From: Patescibacteria group bacterium
GTDB lineage: Bacteria; Patescibacteriota; Patescibacteriia; Buchananbacterales; UBA6539
Length of the DNA: 64,000 bases
Assembly (NCBI GenBank): GCA_034003985.1
Contig: JAVEXP010000002.1
Span: 208,789 to 272,788, forward strand
Direction of reading: 5' to 3'
The notes under the pieces are model-generated. The model had not been told where the DNA came from and searched no databases. It worked only from the letters and a program-made list of their open reading frames with translations. Positions 1 to 8,971 of this stretch are shown here, in pieces. The position numbers were made by a program, and so were the translations under genes. Position 1 is the first letter of the stretch, and each line of letters starts with the position of its first letter.

Positions 1-2
1 CA

Positions 3-86
3 TTGGTGGTTATGAAAGGCAGCGATTTGGCTAATTTACGCAATTTTTTGGCTGATAGAAAATTCAAGGGAACAATTATTGAATAG
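3..86 (+). CDS. 3' end of an upstream gene (partial, unknown; usual rplA position before rplJ but the sequence is not recognisably L1)
   Basis: Open frame running in from the window edge to TAG at 84-86. Too short to identify. Confidence 0.3.
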   Translation: MVVMKGSDLANLRNFLADRKFKGTIIE

Positions 87-92
87 TCCATC

Positions 93-253
93 TTGACAAA
101 ATTTGATAATTTGTTAAGATAATCAAGTCAATTTAATAAGACCACAGACCGTTTGGGTCCCGATGAATTGGGATTAAATTAGCTTTCGGCTAGCCCGGCG
201 CAGGTAGCTTCCAGATTTATTTTAGGCTGTGGTTTTTCCCGCAGTTTTATTTT
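93..253 (+). promoter_or_regulatory. Putative promoter (TTGACA 93-98, 17-nt spacer, weak -10) and structured 5' leader upstream of rplJ (L10-leader-like autoregulatory region)
   Basis: TTGACA at 93-98. A GC-richer, hairpin-rich 130-nt untranslated stretch directly precedes rplJ, the classic place for the L10(L12)4-binding leader. Confidence 0.35.
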
Positions 254-805
254 TTGCTTAATATACTATTAAACCAATATATGCCTAAGACAAAACAACA
301 AAAGGAAGGGATCGTTAACGATTTCATTGATAAATCAAAGCGCGCCAAATCTTTGGTATTTGTTAATTTTGCAGGCTTGAAGGTTAAAGAGATTGAAGAT
401 TTGCGCAAACGCTGTCGGAGTGAGCAGCTTGATTATTTGGTAGCCAAAAAAACCTTGATGAATGTTGCTTTTAAAGAAGCCGGCGTTCAGGATGTTGACG
501 CCAAAAGTCTGGACAATAGTGTGGCGACGGTATTTTCTTACGAAGATGAAGTTGCGCCTGCCAGGATCATTCAGCAGTTTTCCAAAGATCACGAAGCTTT
601 GCGCTCGATTGGTGGGCTGTTGGAAGGCAAGTTTGTCGGTCCGGAAAAGATTGTCGAACTTTCCAAATTACCTTCACGGGAAGAATTATTGGCCAAAATG
701 GTTGGTTCAATCAAAGCCCCAGTTTCTGGTTTTGTTAATGTCTTGTCCGGTAATTTGCGCAATCTGGTTTATGTTTTAAGTGCCATTAAAGGTTCTAAAA
801 ATTAA
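254..805 (+). CDS. rplJ: 50S ribosomal protein L10 (true start may be the internal Met near 281)
   Basis: Translation has L10 hallmarks (KxxKxxxVxxxxxxxxKSKSxVFVnfxGLxVxExxxLRxxxRxxxxxxxVxKNTL). Immediately followed by rplL. Confidence 0.9.
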   Translation: MLNILLNQYMPKTKQQKEGIVNDFIDKSKRAKSLVFVNFAGLKVKEIEDLRKRCRSEQLDYLVAKKTLMNVAFKEAGVQDVDAKSLDNSVATVFSYEDEVAPARIIQQFSKDHEALRSIGGLLEGKFVGPEKIVELSKLPSREELLAKMVGSIKAPVSGFVNVLSGNLRNLVYVLSAIKGSKN

Positions 806-840
806 TATTTAAATAATAAAATTAAGGAGATAACTAAATT

Positions 841-1263
841 ATGTCAGAAGAACAAAAGCAAAATGCTGAAACCAAAGTTGAAGTTCCTGCGAAATTCAAA
901 TCTTTGGTTGAAGAAATCGAAAAAATGTCAGTCTTGGATTTAGCAGAATTGGTCAAGGTCTTGGAAGAAAAATTTGGTGTTTCTGCCGCTGCTCCCGTTG
1001 CCATGATGGCCGGTGGTGCGGCCGGTGGTGCCGCTGAGGCCGCTGAAGAAAAAACTGAATTCACCGTTGAATTGACTGCCGCTGGTGACAACAAGATTGG
1101 CGTCATCAAAGCCGTTCGAGCCGTCACTGAACTTGGTCTTAAAGAAGCCAAAGATCTAGTTGATGGTGCTCCAAAGCCAGTTAAGGAAAATGTTAAGAAA
1201 GAAGAAGCTGAGGCTATTAAGAAGACTTTGACTGATGCCGGTGCGACGGTCACCTTGAAATAA
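841..1263 (+). CDS. rplL: 50S ribosomal protein L7/L12
   Basis: Strong RBS AAGGAG 8 nt upstream. N-terminal dimerisation region, Ala/Gly-rich hinge, C-terminal [43 protein letters not shown]. Confidence 0.95.
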   Translation: MSEEQKQNAETKVEVPAKFKSLVEEIEKMSVLDLAELVKVLEEKFGVSAAAPVAMMAGGAAGGAAEAAEEKTEFTVELTAAGDNKIGVIKAVRAVTELGLKEAKDLVDGAPKPVKENVKKEEAEAIKKTLTDAGATVTLK

Positions 1264-1301
1264 ATTTTTCATTTTTTCAGATTAAACTTTGAATTAAAAA
1301 A

Positions 1302-1326
1302 TCCCGCTTTAAAGCGGGATTTTTTA
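1302..1326. terminator. Bidirectional rho-independent terminator between convergent rplL and the 772-aa gene
   Basis: Perfect 9-bp stem TCCCGCTTT/AAAGCGGGA, flanked by an A-run on the 5' side and a T-run on the 3' side. Confidence 0.8.
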
Positions 1327-1376
1327 ATTATTCTAATGTTTGTTTGGATTATTAATTTCTGGCTTAAACCAAACAA

Positions 1377-3695
1377 TCATTCTAGATGATTGGCGATTAC
1401 ACCAAATATTTTTCCGCCATTGAGTAAATATATCTCTTTGTTATTTTCTCTGACCGTAAAATCTTTGAGATCATCAAAACCCACGGAAATATATTGATTA
1501 ATCAGTTTGCCTTCCTTGTTTAAAACAATCAGGCGTTTGGTTGGCGGATCAATAAAATAGAGAAATTTTGAATTGTCAAAAGTTTTTAGTTTGGTTGCCG
1601 CTTGGATTGGCGGATCAATTAAGGAAGTTGCGAAATCAACCTGGTTGCCATTTTCAAATTTAATTATCTCACCATTTGATTTCAGAACATAAATATTCCC
1701 GTCGATGGTTAAAGAAGTCGCAGTAGACAAATCAATGCTATTTTTTATCCAGGCAGTCGGGTTGGTATATCCACCAGCGGTTTTGGTATAGCGGTAGATT
1801 TGACTGTTGTTGGTATCAAGTAAATAAAGACGATCGTTGTAATTAGCGCTGTCAATAATATTTTGATTGTCATTAATGTTAATGGTAAGTGGCTTGACGG
1901 TTTCATCGTTGGGGCTGAGGACAAAAGCCGCCATAGTGGCGCTGAAAAACAATATTTCATTGTTGTTAATGGCAGTAGCCAATTTCAGTTTGCTTAATTT
2001 GGTGTCCGGGGAAAAAATAGAAGACAAAACTCTGGTGTCGAGATTGGCCTTATAGATTGCTTCATTATTTTGGTTTTGAGTATAGGCGTTATTGCCGTTC
2101 AGAACCAAAATATTGGCAATATTAGCCTGATTATCCAAATTATTAAAATTAACTACTTGAAGCGGCTCGTTTATTTCCACCAAATATCGCAGATTGTTAA
2201 GTTCTTCTTCAATCCCGGCCAGAACATCGGACAGTTGGTTTTCTTCGTCTTTATTAGCGGGCTCCAGACCGGCCAACATATCTTTGGCCTTTACTAATAA
2301 TTCTCTGGCTTGGCCTTCGTCGCGATAAATCAAACTGGCCGCAGCATCATTTTTTAGATTTTCGACTTCGTTTACAATTTGGCTAAAATGTTGAATTCTT
2401 GCTTCCCGTTTGTTCTTTAGTTGAATCCAGATGACGCTTTGGCTTAAGACGATAGCCAATACCACAATGATCACTAGTAAAGTTTTACTGGCTGGGGGTA
2501 ATTTTTTGAATTTAATCAATAATTTTTGGTAGCCGTCGCCAATAATTATTGATATTTTATTGAAAAATTTTTGTTTTCCAATCGCTTTTAGTATAAGTTT
2601 CGCATTTAAGTATATTGGTTGGGCGATATTATTAAAAATCCGCCTTAGCCGGTTAAGATTGTCAAGTGGCTTTGTAAAACTTATTTTTAATTTCTTTTCT
2701 GTTGGAGGGACTCCGACATCTGATCTATTCATTTTAGGACTTGGTATTAAGCGAGTTCTGGTTTTTTGCTGTTGGTAAAAACTATTGGTTGAACTTTTGG
2801 CCTTCTGGAGATAATTTTTTAAAGCGGTATTCAGAGATTGAGCATATTTTTTTAATTCCGGCATAACGGAGGGGGTTAACAGTTTTTGGGTTTCTTGCTC
2901 CGTTTTTATTAGCTCATTAATGGAATCTTCCGAAGCGGCTTTGGTATAATCAAAGTTCATAGTCTGCGGTCTTGGTTTGGTTGCCACTCTTTTTTCCAGT
3001 TCCAATGTTATTAAGCCAAAATTTTGCCTTTCAATTTGTTCCAGTAGGTTTTTAAGTTCTGCCCCACCACTAAGTGTTCCGTTTTGAGTGATGACATTTT
3101 TTATTTTTTCCAAAGAAAAATAATCAAGAATATTTGATGTGCCGATAAAAATAATGTCGTTTAAACGAATTCGGCCGCTGATTATTTGGGAAAAAAATTT
3201 AAGGGGATCGGGGGTACTGCTTGGCGATTTACTGGTTTCTAAAACATCAATAATCCGGTAGTTTCTAGGAGGAATGCTATATAGCAATATTACGGCAACA
3301 TCACCCACCAAAGCAAAATGAATTTCCTGACCGTGGACAACAGCCAAGACAATGTTGACCTTGGCCGGATCAAAATCGATATTGTTATTTTCAATAAAAG
3401 AAGCAATTGCCAGATTAGTTTTCTTGAGCGCTAATTCAAACTTTTCGCCGATATTAAGATTTTGATTGGCAACAATTGACGGGTGGTAGTAATTATCTTT
3501 GGTTTCTTCAATTATCAAGTCTATCAGCTCGTTGATTTTTGGACTTTTGGCGCTGATTTCGATTAATCCGAATATTTTGCCCTGTTTATTTTCCAAATCT
3601 AAATCCGGTTTGGCGGAAAATGATCGGACAAAAATTTTTGGCGAGGATGGTTTTTCGACCACAAATTGGAGAATTTTTGATTGAGGGTAATCCAT
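1377..3695 (-). CDS. Large hypothetical protein (772 aa) with one central TM helix and a C-terminal region of degenerate beta-propeller-like repeats
   Basis: Long ORF with native AT-rich codon usage. Hydrophobic segment LLVIIVVLAIVLSQSVIWIQL. No catalytic motif recognised. Confidence 0.6.
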   Translation of the reverse strand: MDYPQSKILQFVVEKPSSPKIFVRSFSAKPDLDLENKQGKIFGLIEISAKSPKINELIDLIIEETKDNYYHPSIVANQNLNIGEKFELALKKTNLAIASFIENNNIDFDPAKVNIVLAVVHGQEIHFALVGDVAVILLYSIPPRNYRIIDVLETSKSPSSTPDPLKFFSQIISGRIRLNDIIFIGTSNILDYFSLEKIKNVITQNGTLSGGAELKNLLEQIERQNFGLITLELEKRVATKPRPQTMNFDYTKAASEDSINELIKTEQETQKLLTPSVMPELKKYAQSLNTALKNYLQKAKSSTNSFYQQQKTRTRLIPSPKMNRSDVGVPPTEKKLKISFTKPLDNLNRLRRIFNNIAQPIYLNAKLILKAIGKQKFFNKISIIIGDGYQKLLIKFKKLPPASKTLLVIIVVLAIVLSQSVIWIQLKNKREARIQHFSQIVNEVENLKNDAAASLIYRDEGQARELLVKAKDMLAGLEPANKDEENQLSDVLAGIEEELNNLRYLVEINEPLQVVNFNNLDNQANIANILVLNGNNAYTQNQNNEAIYKANLDTRVLSSIFSPDTKLSKLKLATAINNNEILFFSATMAAFVLSPNDETVKPLTININDNQNIIDSANYNDRLYLLDTNNSQIYRYTKTAGGYTNPTAWIKNSIDLSTATSLTIDGNIYVLKSNGEIIKFENGNQVDFATSLIDPPIQAATKLKTFDNSKFLYFIDPPTKRLIVLNKEGKLINQYISVGFDDLKDFTVRENNKEIYLLNGGKIFGVIANHLE

Positions 3696-3771
3696 TATGC
3701 TTTAAATTTGTCAGCAATTAACGTTTATATTATACTAGAAACAGGAGATTAGGTAAATCCCATAGTTAATT

Positions 3772-4389
3772 ATGCTTGAACAACTATTTGGTTCAAAAAC
3801 CAGGGTTAAATTATTAAGGCTTTTCTTGAATAACCCCGACCAACCTTATTATTTAAGGGAATTAGCCAGGAATCTTAAAACCCAGCTTAATTCCGTCAGA
3901 CGCGAGGTTGCCAATTTGGAAAGATTGGGAATTGTTAAATCGGTTCATTTGGCCGAACCGGAACTGGCCAAATCCAAGAGCCATTCCCGAAATGTCAAAC
4001 TCAAGGGAAGCAAGAAGTATTTTTTAGTGGATACGGAGTTTATTTTATATCCTGAACTTAAAGCAGTATTGCTAAAAGCCCAGTTATTGCTGGAGAAAGA
4101 TTTTGTCGCCAAGATTGAAAGCCTGGCTAATTTAAAATTATTTATTCTGACGGGAATTTTTGTCGGGCTGGAGGGCTTTGTTACCGATATGGTCATTGTC
4201 GGAACGATTAATCGCCAGCGGCTGGCTAATATTGTCAAAGCATTTGAAAAAGAACTTGGCCGTGGAATTAATTACACCATAATGACTTTGCCGGAATTTA
4301 AGTACCGCCAAGATATTACCGACCGTTTTTTGTATGACATTTTGGAACGCCGAAAGATTGTCATTGTCGACAAAATAAATTTGGATTAA
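3772..4389 (+). CDS. Hypothetical protein with N-terminal winged-HTH-like region (putative transcriptional regulator)
   Basis: N-terminus LFGSKTRVKLLRLFLNNPDQPYYLRELARNLKTQLNSVRREVANLERLGIV resembles ArsR/MarR-type wHTH. The remainder is unassigned. Confidence 0.5.
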   Translation: MLEQLFGSKTRVKLLRLFLNNPDQPYYLRELARNLKTQLNSVRREVANLERLGIVKSVHLAEPELAKSKSHSRNVKLKGSKKYFLVDTEFILYPELKAVLLKAQLLLEKDFVAKIESLANLKLFILTGIFVGLEGFVTDMVIVGTINRQRLANIVKAFEKELGRGINYTIMTLPEFKYRQDITDRFLYDILERRKIVIVDKINLD

Positions 4390-5198
4390 TGACTAAAAAA
4401 GTCTATTTTAAGAATAATCTCGGCCGCCGGATTGTCGGCTTGTTGAGCCTGCCGAATGGGGGAAGTACCCCTTTTCCGGCGGTTATTATTTGTCATGGGT
4501 TTAAGGGATATAAAGAGCAGGCTCATCTGAAGACTTTGGCTTCAGCTTTGGCTAGCAGCGGTATTGCCGTTTTGCGGTTTGATTTTGGCAATGGCGTTGG
4601 TCAAAGCTATGGTAAGTTGGAAGACATCAAGTTTAGTCAGTATCTGGGTGATTTAAAATCGGCGATTGATTATGTGGCTAAGCAAAAATATATTGATCAA
4701 AATAAGCTTGGTTTAGCCGGCCATAGTTTAGGTGGCCAGTTGATTTTGACATATGCTCCACGCGACAAAAGAATAAAAGCTTTGGCGGATTTGGCCGGAG
4801 TGTCTTATCGCGGCTGGGGGAATACTAATTTGGAAAAAGGGGTTGTTAAACAATTGCCTGAAGCGAAAAAAACCGGATATTTTTATGTCTTCAGTAAGCG
4901 AACAGGAAAAAAATATAGAATAAAAATTGGGTATTATTATGACATTATGAAGTACGATACCCCGGCTCAGATTAAAAAAATCAAAGTTCCTACCTTGATA
5001 ATCCATGGTTCCAAGGATCAGTCGGTGCCTTTGTCTCATTCCAGATTGGCATTTCGGACATTGAAATCACCAAAGAAGCTGGTTATTGTCCCGGATGCTC
5101 CTCATACTTGGCGTGGCACGGCTGATCCAGGCGGTAAATTTCAAAAGCAAATCAATCCAATCGTTGTTGATTGGTTTAAAAAATATTTACCCCGTTGA
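4389..5198 (+). CDS. Alpha/beta hydrolase (dienelactone hydrolase/S9 peptidase-like)
   Basis: GxSxG nucleophile elbow LAGHSLGGQL, HGFKG oxyanion region, C-terminal IIHGSKDQSVP and a late His. The ATGA start overlaps the previous stop. Confidence 0.75.
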   Translation: MTKKVYFKNNLGRRIVGLLSLPNGGSTPFPAVIICHGFKGYKEQAHLKTLASALASSGIAVLRFDFGNGVGQSYGKLEDIKFSQYLGDLKSAIDYVAKQKYIDQNKLGLAGHSLGGQLILTYAPRDKRIKALADLAGVSYRGWGNTNLEKGVVKQLPEAKKTGYFYVFSKRTGKKYRIKIGYYYDIMKYDTPAQIKKIKVPTLIIHGSKDQSVPLSHSRLAFRTLKSPKKLVIVPDAPHTWRGTADPGGKFQKQINPIVVDWFKKYLPR

Positions 5199-5235
5199 AA
5201 TTTTGGGTAAATATAATGAAATATATTACAAGTTT

Positions 5236-5643
5236 ATGATTCTGATAATTAATACTTCAGACATTGAAGAAGTTACTATCGGCTTGATTGATCAAGGTAA
5301 AGTTTTGGCGCTCAAAAATTTCCGGGCCAAATATCGCCAAGCCGAAAAACTTTTGCCATCAATCGACAAGCTTCTGAAAAATGCCAAAGTAAATTTAAAA
5401 GATATCAATGGCATTGTAGTGGCTGATGGCCCAGGGCCCTTTAGCGCCCTTCGAATTGGTATTGCTTTGGCTAACACTTTGGGGTTTGCTTTAAGGATTC
5501 CGGTGATGGGAGTTAAAAAAGAAAGATTTTCCAACCCGGCTGAACTGGCGGCCCAAGCCGAAAAGTTGATAAAGCAGGCCAGTGTGGAAAATATTGTCTT
5601 GCCGTTTTATGGCAAAGAGCCTAATATTACCATCAAGCCTTGA
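5236..5643 (+). CDS. tsaB: tRNA threonylcarbamoyladenosine biosynthesis protein TsaB (YeaZ-like, short form)
   Basis: MILIINTSD...IGLID...GIVVADGPGPFSALRIGIALANTLGFALRIPVMGV matches the TsaB/YeaZ N-terminal ASKHA fold. The ORF-track start 5086 would overlap the hydrolase gene, so the internal Met at 5236 is the more likely start. Confidence 0.7.
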   Translation: MILIINTSDIEEVTIGLIDQGKVLALKNFRAKYRQAEKLLPSIDKLLKNAKVNLKDINGIVVADGPGPFSALRIGIALANTLGFALRIPVMGVKKERFSNPAELAAQAEKLIKQASVENIVLPFYGKEPNITIKP

Positions 5644-6113
5644 TGTCCGGTGATTTTAAAACCGTTACCACCTTATCTTATTTGATTAATAGTGATAATC
5701 AGGTGTTGCTGGTTTATAAAAAGCGGGGATTTGGAGTTGGTAAATGGAATGGCCCGGGCGGCAAGGTTGAACCGTTTGAAGATCCTAAAGCGTCAGCAAT
5801 TCGTGAAATTAAAGAAGAAGTCGGGATAACGGTGTCCGATTTGGCGCCAATGGGATTAATTGAGTTTGTTTGGCCCGATGAACTGGTTGATAACAATACG
5901 GTCTGTTATCTTTTTATGACTAAAGATTTTTTCGGGAAACCGGTTGAATCGGAAGAGTGCCGTCCTCAATGGTTTAATTTTGATGATATTCCTTACGGTC
6001 AAATGTGGGATGACGACCAATATTGGTATCCGCTGATTTTGAGGGGCCAGGTGATCAAGAAGCGTTTTTTCTTTGATCAGAATAGCAAGGTGACAAAACA
6101 GGAAGATATTTAA
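5640..6113 (+). CDS. NUDIX hydrolase (MutT-like)
   Basis: Canonical Nudix box GKVEPFEDPKASAIREIKEEVGI (Gx5Ex7REUxEExGU). ATGA overlap with tsaB. Confidence 0.9.
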   Translation: MMSGDFKTVTTLSYLINSDNQVLLVYKKRGFGVGKWNGPGGKVEPFEDPKASAIREIKEEVGITVSDLAPMGLIEFVWPDELVDNNTVCYLFMTKDFFGKPVESEECRPQWFNFDDIPYGQMWDDDQYWYPLILRGQVIKKRFFFDQNSKVTKQEDI

Positions 6114-6122
6114 AATAATTTT

Positions 6123-6494
6123 ATGTCAAAAACCATTTTAGTAGTTGAAGACGATAAAGACCTGCTTAATTTGGTAACTTTGAAGCTGGAGCAGGAAGGA
6201 TTCAAAGTCGATGCTGCCGAAACCGGCCAGCAGGTTTTGGATTATTTGGAAAATAACCTGCCCGATCTGGTGTTGCTTGATATTCTTTTGCCCGACATCG
6301 ACGGTATTACGGTTTTAAATGAAATCGCTACCCATGATCGAACTAAAAATTTGCCGGTGATTATTTTGAGCAATCTTGCCGATCAGGGATCTTTTGAACA
6401 AGCCGCGGCTGTGGGAAATTATGAGTATCTGGTTAAAGCTAAAGTTGACCTTAGCGAGCTAGCCGCTAAAATTAAGAGTAAGTTGAATTGTTAG
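6123..6494 (+). CDS. Stand-alone response-regulator receiver domain (CheY-like)
   Basis: ILVVEDDKDLLNLV... VLLDILLPDIDG (phospho-acceptor Asp) ... LVKAK. 123 aa with no output domain. Confidence 0.85.
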   Translation: MSKTILVVEDDKDLLNLVTLKLEQEGFKVDAAETGQQVLDYLENNLPDLVLLDILLPDIDGITVLNEIATHDRTKNLPVIILSNLADQGSFEQAAAVGNYEYLVKAKVDLSELAAKIKSKLNC

Positions 6495-6507
6495 CCCTTC
6501 TCTATCT

Positions 6508-6537
6508 GCCCCCCCCTCCAATTGGGGGGGCAATTTT
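6508..6537 (+). terminator. Rho-independent terminator after the receiver gene
   Basis: GCCCCCCCC / GGGGGGGC stem followed by TTTTTT. Confidence 0.8.
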
Positions 6538-6574
6538 TTGATTGAAAAAACATTAAATCTATGGTAAGGTCTTG

Positions 6575-6905
6575 GGCAAGTGGTTTAGACTCAAACTTAA
6601 TGGAGGAATGGTCGTGGCACCTGAATTGGAATGGCAATTGTGGCGAGCGGTTACCAATGGTAGTGGCTCCTTACCCCGGGTTCCTGACAGCTTTAATGTT
6701 TTGAGCCTGGAAATCCAGGGTCATTTTGTGGGCGATAGGTTTTCGCCTGCTATGAAAGACGGCGGTTGCGATATTATCGCTCGTTGCCGTGAAATCACGA
6801 CGGAGCCCGGTGGCCATTGTCTGGGGGTGCTTACTCTCAAGAACCCCTCGGCTCCGACCGGAGGAATCTGGTATTTTGTACCCAATACTGGCAGTGGTCA
6901 GTAGT
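6575..6905. ncRNA. GC-rich segment (about 52% GC) of about 330 nt with a non-protein-like ORF. Candidate structured RNA of unknown class.
   Basis: Sharp compositional jump between the terminator at 6537 and the AT-rich mraZ promoter region. The only ORF (6572-6904) translates to a Trp/Gly-rich, domain-less sequence. Multiple local hairpins (GGGGGUGCUUACUCUCAAGAACCCCUC; CUCCGACCGGAG). Contains CCGGGCUCC and ACAGGAACCCGGGG on the minus strand, which are RNase-P-P4-like, but the spacing is too short for RNase P. Confidence 0.35.
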
Positions 6906-7154
6906 CAGTGGGGCTTCTTCTAGCTATTGAGGTCCCTCTTTTTTTATCCACAGAATTAGGATTAAACATTGACAAAATTGCCAAATTTTATTTAAAAATG
7001 GCTTAATAAACGATTTTTATTTGGTGTTTAGAAGTGGTTGACATTGGAGTAAAAGTGGAGTAAAATAATATCAGAGTGGTAAAAAGTGGATGAAAGTGGG
7101 GATAAACAAATCCAACTGTGGATAATCAATATATTAGAACACAAAAACAAAACA

Positions 7155-7586
7155 ATGTTTATTGGAGAATACCAACACAATATTGATCAGAAGGGAAGAA
7201 TGGCGGTTCCATCTAAGTTCCGTAAGGCTTTGACTAAAGGCGCAGTTGTTACTAAGGGCTTAGACGACTGTCTTTTTTTGTATACCAAAGATGAATGGAA
7301 GAAATTAGCCGACAAATTGGCTGCTTTACCGATTGCCCGAGCCAACACCAGGGCTTTTGCTCGTTTGATGCTGGCTGGAGCAATGGATGTTGAAATCGAC
7401 CGTCAGGGTCGGATGCTTATTCCCGACTATCTGAGGAAATATGCCAGTATGAATAAGAAAGTGGTTATTACCGGTTTGTATAACCGTTTGGAAATTTGGG
7501 ATGAAACCAAGTGGGATAAATATAAACAGGGTACCGAAAGTAAAAGTGGTGATATCGCCGAAGCCTTGGGAGAATTGGGAGTGTAA
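7155..7586 (+). CDS. mraZ: Transcriptional regulator MraZ
   Basis: Two DxxGR repeats (IDQKGRMAVP, IDRQGRMLIP). First gene of the dcw cluster. The ORF track extends to 7086, but the MFIGEY Met at 7155 fits the family. Confidence 0.9.
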   Translation: MFIGEYQHNIDQKGRMAVPSKFRKALTKGAVVTKGLDDCLFLYTKDEWKKLADKLAALPIARANTRAFARLMLAGAMDVEIDRQGRMLIPDYLRKYASMNKKVVITGLYNRLEIWDETKWDKYKQGTESKSGDIAEALGELGV

Positions 7587-7597
7587 TTTAAAATTTT

Positions 7598-8554
7598 ATG
7601 TCCGATTTCCACCAGCCCGTATTACCTCAGGAAATCTTAGATTATCTCAAACCGCAAGCGGGGGACAAATTTATTGATTGTACCTTGGGTGGCGGCGGGC
7701 ATACTCTGAATTTTTTAAAACTGGTTGGGCCAAGTGGCAAAGTTTTGGCCATTGATATGGATCCGTTGGCAATCGCCGAAGCTCGACGCGCCAGTACGAA
7801 ATTTGCAGATAGTTTGATTTTAGCCAGAGATAATTTTAGAAATTTAAAAAATATTGCCGATGTACACGAATTTAATCAAGTTAATGGTATCTTATTGGAC
7901 CTTGGCTTATCCAGTGGTCAGCTACAGGATCAAGCGCGGGGCTTCAGTTTTGGGTCCGAAGGTCAATTAGACATGAGGTTTGGTCCGGCTGTTGCCGACA
8001 GTTTTGGCGCCGTTACGGCCGGTGAAATAGTAAATAATTACCCGCAAAAAGATTTAATTGATATTTTTAAAAATTATGGCGAAGAAAGGTTGGCTGTCGC
8101 GATCTCCAAGAAAATAATCGAGGTTCGCCGCACTAAACCAATTGATTCGCCTAAACAGCTGGCGGCCATAATTGAAAGCGTTTATCACCGTTATCACCGA
8201 ACTAAGTCGAGGATTTCTCCGGCCACTAAAGTTTTTCAGGCCTTGCGAATTGCCGTTAATGATGAGTTGCAAAGCTTAAAGTTGGTTTTGCCTCAAGCCC
8301 TTGACTTATTGGTTTCCGGCGGTCGGTTGGCGGTAATCAGTTATCATTCGCTAGAAGACCGGATTGTCAAAGATTATTTTCGGCGCGAAAGTCGGGACTG
8401 TATCTGTCCACCGGAGATGCCAGTCTGCCAATGTGGCCATATTGCCCGCCTAAAAATTATTACCAAAAAACCAGTCGTGCCTACGGTCGAAGAAATAAAA
8501 AATAACCCTCGATCTCGCAGTGCTAAATTAAGAATAGTTGAAAAATACAAATAA
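7598..8554 (+). CDS. rsmH: 16S rRNA (cytosine1402-N4)-methyltransferase RsmH/MraW
   Basis: HxPVL N-terminus, DCTLGGGGHT SAM motif, conserved C-terminal region. Follows mraZ. Confidence 0.95.
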   Translation: MSDFHQPVLPQEILDYLKPQAGDKFIDCTLGGGGHTLNFLKLVGPSGKVLAIDMDPLAIAEARRASTKFADSLILARDNFRNLKNIADVHEFNQVNGILLDLGLSSGQLQDQARGFSFGSEGQLDMRFGPAVADSFGAVTAGEIVNNYPQKDLIDIFKNYGEERLAVAISKKIIEVRRTKPIDSPKQLAAIIESVYHRYHRTKSRISPATKVFQALRIAVNDELQSLKLVLPQALDLLVSGGRLAVISYHSLEDRIVKDYFRRESRDCICPPEMPVCQCGHIARLKIITKKPVVPTVEEIKNNPRSRSAKLRIVEKYK

Positions 8555-8566
8555 AAATAAAAAAAT

Positions 8567-8920
8567 ATGTCCAAAGTTTTTCGAGTGGCTAAAATTAATT
8601 ATCAGACAAAGAACGCTAAGAGTCGTTTAGGATTATTCCATTTTAATCTAAAAATCGCCAAATTGTCTTTGGCTTTATTGATTGTCGCTTTAGGATTAGG
8701 TTATTTGATTCAAATTAACGGTTTAGCCACCAAAGGTTATCAGATTCGAGAATTAGAAGACCGGATTGGCGAGTTGGAAAATGAGCAGGCCGATTTGAAG
8801 CTGGAAATGTTGGGGCTACAATCAATGGACAATGTTGAAAACAAAGTCAGTAAGTTGAATATGGTCGCTGCCGGTCAGGCCGATTATTTGGTTGTGAGTC
8901 CGGTGGCCGTGGCACGCTAA
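8567..8920 (+). CDS. ftsL: Cell division protein FtsL-like (single TM plus coiled coil)
   Basis: Small bitopic protein between rsmH and ftsI. TM LALLIVALGLGYLIQI followed by a heptad-rich segment. Confidence 0.7.
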   Translation: MSKVFRVAKINYQTKNAKSRLGLFHFNLKIAKLSLALLIVALGLGYLIQINGLATKGYQIRELEDRIGELENEQADLKLEMLGLQSMDNVENKVSKLNMVAAGQADYLVVSPVAVAR

Positions 8921-8971
8921 TTCGTCTTTTGATAAGTTAATTGATCCAACCCCGTTTGGCAGTCAGCGGGG

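Noticed and set aside
6572-6904. 110-aa ORF as a real protein
   Set aside because: Atypical composition (W/G-rich), no RBS, no motif, and GC far above the native genes. More likely non-coding.
6575-6905. RNase P RNA on the minus strand (P4-like CCGGGCUCC and ACAGNAACCCGG strands)
   Set aside because: The two P4-like strands are only about 120 nt apart and the P10-P12, P15 and GGU-loop elements are missing. It is kept as a generic ncRNA candidate only.
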